NCBI RefSeq assembly: GCF_964355755.1
Contig: NC_092671.1
Span: 22,151,317 to 22,215,316, forward strand
Source of the DNA: Antedon mediterranea
Lineage: Eukaryota; Animalia; Echinodermata
Direction of reading: 5' to 3'
Length of the DNA stretch: 64,000 bases
The position numbers were made by a program, and so were the translations under genes. Below, piece after piece: positions 1 to 10,800 of this stretch (the first letter of the stretch is position 1; every line of letters starts with the position of its first letter). The notes beneath the pieces were generated by a model, which was not told where the DNA came from, searched no databases, and saw nothing but the letters and a program-made list of their open reading frames with translations.

Positions 1-3000
1 GTGTACAGAATAGCTTAATATCGTATTTAAAAACGTTTTAGACCATTTTGAGCATTTCGACAAAACTTTTTCACACAAAACACCAAAGTGCTTAGAATAC
101 CTTCAAATCGCATTTGGAGACGTTTTAGACCATTTTGTGATTTTCGAAAAAACTTGTTAACATAAAAACACCAAAGTACTTAGAATAGCTTCAAATCGCA
201 TTTGGAGAAGTTTTAGACCATTTTGTGATTTTCGAAAAAACTTGTTAACATAAAAACACCAAAGTGCTTAGATTAGCTTTAAATCGCATTTGGAGACGTT
301 TTAGACCATATTGTGATTTTCGAAAAAACTTGTTAACATAAAAATATCAAAGTGTACAGAATAGCTTCAAATCGCATTTGGAGACGTTTTAGACCATTTT
401 GTGATTTTCGAAAAAACTTGTTAACATAAAAACACCAAAGTGCTTAGAATAGCTTCAAGTCGCATTTGGAGCCGTTTTAGACCATTTTGTGATTTTCGAA
501 AAAACTTGTTAACATAAAAACATCAAAGTGTACAGAATAGCTTCAAATCGCATTTGGAGACGTTTTAGACCATTTTGTGATTTTCGAAAAAACTTGTTAA
601 CATAAAAACACCAAAGTGCATAGAATAGCTTCAAATCGGATTTGGAGAGGTTTTAGACCATTTTGTGATTTTCGAAAAAACTTGTTAACATAAAAACACC
701 AAAATGTTTAGAATAGCTTCAAATCGCATTTGGAGACGTTTTAGACCATTTTGTGATTTTCGAAAAAACTTGTTAACACAAAAACACCAAAGTGATTAGA
801 ATAGTTTCAAATCGCATTTGGAGACGTTTTAGACCATTTTGTGCATTTCGATGAAACTTGGTTACACAAAAACATCAAAGTGCTAAAAATCACATTATAA
901 ACCGTTTTAGACCATTTTGAGAATATCGATAACATTTTTCACACAAAAAAAAAGCACAATGTAGCTTAATATCGTATTTAAAAACGTTTTAGACCATTTT
1001 GAGCATTTCGACAAAACTTTTTCACACAAAACACCAAAGTGCTTAGAATAGCTTCAAATCGCATTTGGAGACGTTTTAGACCATTTTGTGATTTTCGAAA
1101 AAACTTAACATAAAAACATCAAAGTGCTAAGAATAGCTTCAAATCGCATTTGGAGACATTTTAGACCAATTTGTGATTTTCGAAAAAACTTGGTTACACA
1201 AAAACACCAAAGTGCTTAGAATAGCTTCAAATCGCATTTGGAGACGTTTTAGACCAATTTGTGATTTTCGAAAAAACTTGGTTACACAAAAACATCAAAG
1301 TGGTTAAAATCACATTATAAACCGTTTTAGACCATTTTGAGCATTTCGATAACACTTTTCACCAAAAAACATCAAAGAGCACAAAATAGCTTAATATCGT
1401 ATTTAAAAACGTTTTAAACCATTTTGAGCATTTCGACAAAATTTTTCACACACAACACCAAAGTGTACAAAATAGCTTCAAATCGCATTTGGAGACGTTT
1501 TAGACCATTTTGTGATTTTCGAAAAAACTTGTTAACATAAAAACACCAAAGTACTTAGAATAGCTTCAAATCGCATTTTGAGACGTTTTAGACCATTTTG
1601 TGATTTTCGAAAAAACTTGTTAACACAAAAACACCAAAGTGTTTAGAATAGCTTCAAATCGCATTTGGAGACGTTTTAGACCATTTTGTGATTTTCGAAA
1701 AAACTTGTTAACACAAAAACACCAAAGTGATTAGAATAGCTTCAAATCGCATTTTGAGACGTTTTAGACCATTTTGTGATTTTCGAAAAAACTTGTTAAC
1801 ATAAAAACACCAAAGTGCTTAGAATAGCTTCAAATCACATTTGGAGACGTTTTAGACCATTTTGTGATTTTCGAAAAAACTTGTTAACATAAAAACACCA
1901 AAGTGCTTAGAATAGCTTCAAATCACATTTGGAGACGTTTTAGACCAATTTGTGATTTTCGAAAAAACTTGGTTACACAAAAACATCAAAGTGGTTAAAA
2001 TCACATTATAAACCGTTTTAGACCATTTTGAGCATTTCGATAACACTTTTCACACAAAATCATCAAAGAGCACAAAATAGCTTAATATCGTATTTAAAAA
2101 CGTTTTAAACCATTTTGAGCATTTCGACAAAACTTTTTCACACAAAACACCAAAGTGTACAGAATAGCTACAAATCGCATTTGGAGACGTTTTAGACCAT
2201 TTTGTGATTTTCGAAAAAACTTGTTAACATAAAAACACCAAAGTACTTAGAATAGCTTCAAATCGCATTTGGAGACGTTTTAGACCATTTTGTGATTTTC
2301 GAAAAAACTTGTTAACATAAAAACACCAAAGTTCTTAAAATAGCTTCAAATCGCATTTGGAGACGTTTTAGACCATTTTGTGATTTTCGAAAAAACTTGT
2401 TAACATAAAAACATCAAAGTGTACAGAATAGCTTCAAATCGCATTTGGAGACGTTTTAGACCATTTTGTGATTTTCGAAAAAACTTGTTAACATAAAAAC
2501 ACCAAAGTGCTTAGAATAGCTTCAAATCGCATTTGGAGACGTTTTAGACTATTTTGTGATTTTCGAAAAAACTTGTTAACATAAAAACACCAAAATGTTT
2601 AGAATAGCTTCAAATCGCATTTGGAGACGTTTTAGACCATTTTGTGATTTTCGAAAAAACTTGTTAACACAAAAACACCAAAGTGATTAGAATAGCTTCA
2701 AATCGCATTTGGAGACGTTTTAGACCATTTTGTGCATTTCGATGAAACTTGGTTACGCAAAAACATCAAAGTGTTTAAAATCACATTATAAACCGTTTTA
2801 GACCATTTTGAGCATATCGATAACACTTTTCACACACAAACATCAAAGAGCACAATATAGCTTAATATCGTATATAAAAACGTTTTAGACCATTTTGAGC
2901 ATTTCGACAAAACTTTTTCACACAAAACACCAAAGTGCTTAGAATAGCTTCAAATCACATTTGGAGACATTTTAGACCAATTAGTGATTTTCGAAAAAAC

Positions 3001-4585
3001 TTGGTTACACAAAAACATCAAAGTGGTTAAAATCACATTATAAACCGTTTTAGACCATTTTGAGCATTTCGATAACACTTTTCACACAAAAACATCAAAG
3101 TGCTTAGAATAGCTTCAAATCGCATTTGGAGACGTTTTAGACCATTTTGTGATTTTCGAAAAAAACTTTTTAACATAAAAACACCAAACTGCTAAGAATA
3201 GCTTAATATCGTATTTAAAAACGTTTTAAACCATTTTGAGCATTTCGACAAAACTTTTTCACACAAAACACCAAAGTGTACAGAATAGCTACAAATCGCA
3301 TTTGGAGACGTTTTAGACCATTTTGTGATTTTCGAAAAAACTTGTTAACATAAAAATATCAAAGTGCTAAGAATAGCTTCCAATCGCATTTGGAGACATT
3401 TTAGACCATTTTGTGATTTTCGAAAAAACTTGTTAACATAAAAACACCAAAGTTCTTAAAATAGCTTCAAATCGCATTTGGAGACGTTTTAGACCATTTT
3501 GTGATTTTCGAAAAAACTTGTTAACATAAAAACATCAAAGTGTACAGAATAGCTTCAAATCGCATTTGGAGACGTTTTAGACCATTTTGTGATTTTCGAA
3601 AAAACTTGTTAACATAAAAACACCAAAGTGCTTAGAATAGCTTCAAATCGCATTTGGAGACGTTTTAGACTATTTTGTGATTTTCGAAAAAACTTGTTAA
3701 CATAAAAACACCAAAATGTTTAGAATAGCTTCAAATCGCATTTGGAGACGTTTTAGACCATTTTGTGATTTTCGAAAAAACTTGTTAACACAAAAACACC
3801 AAAGTGATTAGAATAGCTTCAAATCGCATTTGGAGACGTTTTAGACCATTTTGTGCATTTCGATGAAACTTGGTTACGCAAAAACATCAAAGTGTTTAAA
3901 ATCACATTATAAACCGTTTTAGACCATTTTGAGCATATCGATAACACTTTTCACACACAAACATCAAAGAGCACAATATAGCTTAATATCGTATATAAAA
4001 ACGTTTTAGACCATTTTGAGCATTTCGACAAAACTTTTTCACACAAAACACCAAAGTGCTTAGAATAGCTTCAAATCACATTTGGAGACATTTTAGACCA
4101 ATTAGTGATTTTCGAAAAAACTTGGTTACACAAAAACATCAAAGTGGTTAAAATCACATTATAAACCGTTTTAGACCATTTTGAGCATTTCGATAACACT
4201 TTTCACACAAAAACATCAAAGTGCTTAGAATAGCTTCAAATCGCATTTGGAGACGTTTTAGACCATTTTGTGATTTTCGAAAAAAACTTTTTAACATAAA
4301 AACACCAAACTGCTAAGAATAGCTTCAAATCGCATATGGAGACAATTTAGACCATTTTGTGATTTTCGAAAAAACTTGTTAACATAAAAACACCAAAGTG
4401 CTTAGAATACCTTCAAATCGCATTTGGAGACGTTTTAGACCATTTTGTGATTTTCGAAAAAACTTGTTAACATAAAAATATCAAAGTGCTAAGAATAGCT
4501 TCCAATCGCATTTGGAGACATTTTAGACCAATTTGTGATTTTCGAAAAAACTTGTTTACACAAAAACATCAAAGTGCGTAAAATC
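1..4585 (+). repeat. Satellite A, ~88-bp tandem repeat, forward block
   Basis: Unit GTGCTTAGAATAGCTTCAAATCGCATTTGGAGACGTTTTAGACCATTTTGTGATTTTCGAAAAAACTTGTTAACATAAAAACACCAAA. Unit starts at 88, 176, 264 and at 2507, 2595, 2683, 2771 (88-bp steps). Variant monomers of 77 bp (2771-2847) and 87 bp (2848-2934) are interspersed. Confidence 0.97.
2270..4325 (+). repeat. Higher-order duplication in satellite A, 1121-bp period (~13 monomers); boundaries approximate
   Basis: Rare variants recur 1121 bp apart: GTTCTTAAAA 2331/3452, GGTTACGCAA 2751/3872, TTAGTGATTT 2981/4102. Confidence 0.85.
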
Positions 4586-7500
4586 GATATGCTCAAAATG
4601 GTCTAAAACGGTTTATAATGTGATTTTAAGCACTTTGATGTTTTTGCGTAACCAAGTTTCATCAAAATGCACAAAATGGTCTAAAACGTCTTCAAATGCG
4701 ATTTGAAGCTATTCTAAACATTTTGGTGTTTTTATGTTAACAAGTTTTTTCGAAAATCACAAAATGCTCTAAAACGTCTCCAAATGCGATTTGAAGCTAT
4801 TCTAAGCACTTTGGAGTTTTTATGTTAACAAGTTTTTTCGAAAATCACAAAATGGTCTAAAACGTCTCGAAATGCGATTTGAAGCTATTCTAAGCACTTT
4901 GGTGTTTTGTGTGAAAAAGTTTTGTCGAAATGCTCGAAATGGTCTAAAACGTTTTTAAATACGATATTAAGCTATTTTGTGCTCTTTGATGTTTTTGTGT
5001 GAAAAGTGTTATCGAAATGCTCAAAATGGTCTAAAACGGTTTTATATCGTGATTTTAAGCACTTTGATGTTTTTGTGTAACCAAGTTTTTTCGAAAATCA
5101 CAAAATGGTCTAAAACGTCTCCAAATTTGATTTGAAGCTATTCTAAGAACTTTGGTGTTTTTATGTTAACAAGTTTTTTCGAAAATCACAAAATGGTCTA
5201 AAACGTCTCCAAATGCGATTTGAAGCTATTCTAAGTACTTTGGTGTTTTTATGTTAACAAGTTTTTTGGAAAATCACAAAATGGTCTAAAACGTCTCCAA
5301 ATGCGATTTGAAGCTATTCTGTACACTTTGGTGTTTTGTGTTAAAAAGTTTTGTCGAAATGCTCAAAATGGTCTAAAACATTTTTAAATACGATATTAAG
5401 CTATTTTGTGCTCTTTGATGTTTTTGTGTGAAAAGTGTTATCGAAATGCTCAAAATGGTCTAAAACGGTTTATAATGTGATTTTAACCACTTTGATGTTT
5501 TTGTGTAACCAAGTTTTTTCGAAAATCACAAATTGGTCTAAAACGTCTCCAAATGCGATTTGAAGCTATTCTAAGCACTTTGGTGTTTTTAGGTTAACAA
5601 ATTTTTTCGAAAATCAAAAAATGGTCTAAAACGTCTCCAAATGCGATTTGAAGCTATTCTAAGCACGTTGGTGTTTTTATGTTAGCAAGTTTTTTCGAAA
5701 ATCACAAAATGGTCTAAATTGTCTCCATATGCGATTTGAAGCTATTCTTAGCACTTTGGTGTTTTTATGTTAAAAAGTTTTTTCGAAAATCACAAAATGG
5801 TCTAAAACGTCTCCAAATTCGATTTGAAGCTATTCTAAGCACTTTGATGTTTTTGTGTTAAAAGTGTTATCGAAATGCTCAAAATAGTCTAAAACGGTTT
5901 TATATCGTGATTCTAAGCACTTTGATGTTTTTGTGTTAAAAGTGTTATCGAAATGCTCAAAATGGTCTAAAACGGTTTATTTCGTGATTTTAAGCACTTT
6001 GATGTTTTTGTGTAACCAAGTTTTTTCGAAAATCACAAATTGGTCTAAAATGTTTCCAAATGCGATTGGAATCTATTCTTAGCACTTTGATGTTTTTATG
6101 TTAACAAGTTTTTTCGAAAATCACAAAATGGTCTAAAACGTCTCCAAATGCGATTTGAAGGTATTCTAAGCACTTTGGTGTTTTGTGTGAAAAAGTTTTG
6201 TCGAAAATCACAAAATGGTCTAAACGTTTTTAAATACGATATTAAGCTATTCTGTAAACTTTGGTGTTTTGTGTGAAAAAGTTTTGTCGAAATGCTCAAA
6301 ATGGTCTAAAACGGTTTATAATGTGATTTTAAGCACTTTGATGTTTTTGTGTAACCAAGTTTTTTCGAAAATCACAAATTGGTCTAAAATGTCTCCAAAT
6401 GCGATTTGAAGCTTTTCTTAGCACTTTGATGTTTTTATGTTAACATGTTTTTTCGAAAATCACAAAATGGTCTAAAACGTTTCCAAATGCGATTTGAAGG
6501 TATTCTAAGCACTTTGGTGTTTTGTGTGAAAAAGTTTTGTCGAAAATCACAAAGTGGTCTAAAACGTTTTTAAATGCGATTTGAAGCTATTCTAAGCACT
6601 TTGGTGTTTTGTGTGAAAAAGTTTTGTCGAAATGCTCAAAATGGTCTAAAACGTTTTTAAATACGATATTAAGCTATATTGTGCTCTTTGATGTTTTTTT
6701 GTGAAAAGTGTTATCGAAATGCTCAAAATGGTCTAAAACGGTTTATAATGTGATTTTAAGCACTTTGATGTTTTTGTGTAACCAAGTTTCATCGAAATGC
6801 ACAAAATGGTCTAAAACGTCTCCAAATGCGATTTGAAGCTATTCTAAACACTTTGGTGTTTTTATGTTAGCAAGTTTTTTCGAAAATCACAAAATGGTCT
6901 AAAACGTCTCTAAATGCGATTTGAAGGTATTCTAAGCACTTTGGTGTTTTGTGTGAAAAAGTTTTGTTGAAAATCACAAAATGGTCTAAAACGTTTTTAA
7001 ATACGATATTAAGCCATTCTGTTCACTTTGATGTTTTGTGTGAAAAAGTTTTGTCGAAATGCTCAAAATGGTCTAAAACGGTTTATAATGTGATTTTAAG
7101 CACTTTGATGTTTTTGTGTAACCAAGTTTATTCGAAAATCACAAATTGGTCTAAAATGTCTCCAAATGCAATTTTAAGCTATTCTAAGCACTTTGGTGTT
7201 TTGTGTGAAAAAGTTTTGTCGAAATGCTCAAAATGGTCTAAAACGTTTTTAAATACGATATTAAGCTATAATGTGCTCTTTGATGTTTTTGTGTGAAAAG
7301 TATTATCGAAATGCTCAAAATGGTCTAAAACGGTTTATAATGTGATTTTAACCCCTTTGATGTTTTTGTGTAACAAAGTTTTTTCGAAAATCACAAATTG
7401 GTCTAAAACGTCTCCAAATGCGATTTGAAGCTATTCTTAGCACTTTGATGTTTTTATGTTAACAAGTTTTTTCGAAAATCACAAAATGGTCTAAAACGTA

Positions 7501-7688
7501 ACCAAATGCGATTTGAAGCTATTCTAAGCACTTTGGTGTTTTGTGTGAAAAAGTTTTGTCGAAATGCTCAAAATGGTCTAAAACGTTTTTAAATACGATA
7601 TTAAGCTATATTGTGCTCTTTGATGTTTTTGTGTGAAAAGTGTTATCGATATGCTCAAAATGGTCTAAAACGGTTTATAATGTGATTT
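4583..7688 (-). repeat. Satellite A, inverted block
   Basis: After ~4585 the sequence reads as the reverse complement of the same unit (AAATGGTCTAAAACGTCTCCAAATGCGATTTGAAGCTATTCTAAGCACTTTGG), with the same three monomer variants. Confidence 0.96.
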
Positions 7689-7772
7689 CTTTTAAAAAAG
7701 GTTCACTTGTTTAGGCCTGACATTTACAACCCTCAAAATATCTCACTTTCAAAAACAATATTTATTTTAAAT

Positions 7773-7793
7773 AAAAAAAAAAAAGAAACAAAA
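7773..7793 (-). terminator. Oligo-T Pol III terminator-like tract following the tRNA-like core (first monomer)
   Basis: Plus strand A12-GAAAC-A4 reads as T4..T12 on the minus strand, immediately 3' of the core. A long A-tract occupies this position in all full monomers. Confidence 0.55.
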
Positions 7794-7862
7794 TATCCGT
7801 AGAGGTTCGAACCCACTAGTGAGAGCACTCAAACTTGAGCATTACCCGTTACGCCACAAACC
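7794..7862 (-). pseudogene. Degenerate tRNA-like core of satellite B (first copy; present in nearly every monomer), most like tRNA-Gln(TTG)
   Basis: Minus strand GGTTTGTGGCGTAACGGGTAATGCTCAAGTTTGAGTGCTCTCACTAGTGGGTTCGAACCTCTACGGATA-TTTT. It shows A-box TGGCGTAACGG, D-stem GCGT/ATGC, TTTGA at the anticodon position and B-box GGTTCGAACC. Acceptor and anticodon stems are not canonical. Confidence 0.75.
7804..7856 (-). promoter_or_regulatory. Pol III type-2 internal promoter-like A-box (7846-7856) and B-box (7804-7813), first monomer
   Basis: TGGCGTAACGG is close to TRGCNNARYGG and GTTCGAACC matches GTTCRANNC. The A-box T to B-box G distance is 44 nt, as in a short-variable-arm tRNA. Confidence 0.65.
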
Positions 7863-7891
7863 AGTAGATGACTGAAGAGCTGACAATACTC

Positions 7892-7899
7892 TATTTATA
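7892..7899 (-). promoter_or_regulatory. TATA-like box TATAAATA at -37..-30 from the tRNA-like 5' G (first monomer; conserved across the array)
   Basis: Plus strand TATTTATA lies 29 nt beyond the tRNA-like start. In some monomers it varies to TATATATA, which is still TATA-like. Confidence 0.45.
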
Positions 7900-10800
7900 T
7901 GAAATAAATAATAAATCAATAAAAAATAATGCCATGCAACTGTGTTTCTGATTTTAAAAAAGGTCCACTTGTTTAGGCCTGACATTTACACCCTCAAAAT
8001 ATCTCACTTTCAAAATCCATATTTATTTTCAATTTAAAAAAAAAAGAAAAAAAATATCCCTAGATGTTCGACCCACTACTCAGAGCACTCAAACCTGAGC
8101 ATTACCCGTTACGCCACAAACCAGAAGATGACTGAAGAGCTGATAATAGTCTATTTATATGAAATGAATGATCAATCAATGAAAAATAATGCCATGCAAC
8201 TTTGTTTCTGATTTTAAAAAATATCCATTTGTTTAGGCCTGACATTCACAACCCTAAAAAATATCTCATTTTCAAAAAAAATATTTATTTTCAATAAGTA
8301 AAAAAAAAGCAAAGAAAAAAAAAAGCAATATCCCTAGAGGTTCGAACCCACTACTGCGAGAACTCAAACCTGAGCATTACCCATTACGCCTCAAACCAGT
8401 AGATGACTGAAGAGCTGATAATACTTTATTTATATGAAATTAATAATAAATCAATGAAAAATAATGCCATGCAACTTTGTTTCTGATTTTAAAAAAGGTT
8501 TACTTGTTTAGGCCTGACATTTACAACCCTCAAAATATCTCACTTTCAAAAACAATATTTATTTAAAAAAAAAAAAAAAAGAAACAAAATATCCGTAGAG
8601 GTTCGAACCCACTAGTGAGAGCACTCAAACTTGAGCATTACCCGTTACGCCACAAACCAGTAGATGACTGAAGAGCTGATAATACTCTATTTATATGAAA
8701 TAAATAATAAATCAATGAAAAATAATGCCATACAACTTTGTTTCTGATTTTAAAAAAGGTCCACTTGTTTAGGCCTGACATTTACAACCCTCAAAATATC
8801 TCACTTTCAAAAACAATATTTATTTTCAATAAAAAAAAAAAAAAAAAAAAATATTCGTAGAGGTTCGAACCCGCTACTGCGAGAACTCAAACCTGAGCAT
8901 TACCCGTTACGCCTCAAACCAGTGGATGACTGAAGAGCTGATAATACTCTATTTATATGAAATTAATAATAAATCAATGAAAAATAATGCAATGCAACTT
9001 TGTTTCTGATTTTAAAAAAGGTTCACTTGTTTAGGCCTGACATTTACAACCCTCAAAATATCTCACTTTCAAAAACAATATTTATTTTAAATAAAAAAAA
9101 AAAAAAACAAAATATCCGTAGAGGTTCGAACCCACTAGTGAGAGCACTCAAACTTGAGCATTACCCGTTACGCCACAAACCAGTAGATGACTGAAGAGCT
9201 GATAATACTCTATTTATATGAAATTAATAATAAATCAATGAAAAATAATGCCATGCAACTTTGTTTCTGATTTTAAAAAAGGTTCACTTGTTTAGGCCTG
9301 ACATTTACAACCCTCAAAATATCTCACTTTCAAAAACAATATTTATTTAAAAAAAAAAAAAAAGAAACAAAATATCCGTAGAGGTTCGAACCCACTAGTG
9401 AGAGCACTCAAACTTGAGCATTACCCGTTACGCCACAAACCAGTAGATGACTGAAGAGCTGATAATACTCTATTTATATGAAATAAATAATAAATCAATG
9501 AAAAATAATGCCATGCAACTTTGTTTCTGATTTTAAAAAAGGTCCACTTGTTTAGGCCTGACATTTACAACCCTCAAAATATCTCACTTTCAAAAACAAT
9601 ATTTATTTTCAATAAAAAAAAAAAAGAAACAAAATATCCGTAGAGGTTCGAACCCACTAGTGAGAGCACTCAAACTTGAGCATTACCCGTTACGCCACAA
9701 ACCAGTAGATGACTGAAGAGCTGACAATACTCTATTTATATGAAATAAATAATAAATCAATAAAAAATAATGCCATGCAACTGTGTTTCTGATTTTAAAA
9801 AAGGTCCACTTGTTTAGGCCTGACATTTACACCCTCAAAATATCTCACTTTCAAAATCCATATTTATTTTCAATTTAAAAAAAAAAGAAAAAAAATATCC
9901 CTAGATGTTCGACCCACTACTCAGAGCACTCAAACCTGAGCATTACCCGTTACGCCACAAACCAGAAGATGACTGAAGAGCTGATAATAGTCTATTTATA
10001 TGAAATGAATGATCAATCAATGAAAAATAATGCCATGCAACTTTGTTTCTGATTTTAAAAAATATCCATTTGTTTAGGCCTGACATTCACAACCCTAAAA
10101 AATATCTCATTTTCAAAAAAAATATTTATTTTCAATAAGTAAAAAAAAAGCAAAGAAAAAAAAAAGCAATATCCCTAGAGGTTCGAACCCACTACTGCGA
10201 GAACTCAAACCTGAGCATTACCCATTACGCCTCAAACCAGTAGATGACTGAAGAGCTGATAATACTTTATTTATATGAAATTAATAATAAATCAATGAAA
10301 AATAATGCCATGCAACTTTGTTTCTGATTTTAAAAAAGGTTTACTTGTTTAGGCCTGACATTTACAACCCTCAAAATATCTCACTTTCAAAAACAATATT
10401 TATTTAAAAAAAAAAAAAAAAGAAACAAAATATCCGTAGAGGTTCGAACCCACTAGTGAGAGCACTCAAACTTGAGCATTACCCGTTACGCCACAAACCA
10501 GTAGATGACTGAAGAGCTGATAATACTCTATTTATATGAAATAAATAATAAATCAATGAAAAATAATGCCATACAACTTTGTTTCTGATTTTAAAAAAGG
10601 TCCACTTGTTTAGGCCTGACATTTACAACCCTCAAAATATCTCACTTTCAAAAACAATATTTATTTTCAATAAAAAAAAAAAAAAAAAAAAATATTCGTA
10701 GAGGTTCGAACCCGCTACTGCGAGAACTCAAACCTGAGCATTACCCGTTACGCCTCAAACCAGTGGATGACTGAAGAGCTGATAATACTCTATTTATATG

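Noticed and set aside
6096-7296. ORFs of 67 and 115 aa in satellite A
   Set aside because: Chance open frames in an 88-bp repeat with no protein motifs.
7843-7852. TACCCGTTAC resembling a Drosophila DINE-1 subTIR
   Set aside because: There is no inverted partner or terminal hairpin, and the motif is explained by the A-box/D-loop.
7844-7860. CENP-B box in satellite B (…AACGGG…) or satellite A (TTTCGAAAAA…)
   Set aside because: Each matches only part of NTTCGNNNNANNCGGGN.
7794-7862. Satellite B as a cluster of functional tRNA genes
   Set aside because: There is no 7-bp acceptor stem, no canonical anticodon arm and only a weak T-stem, so it is tRNA-derived at most.
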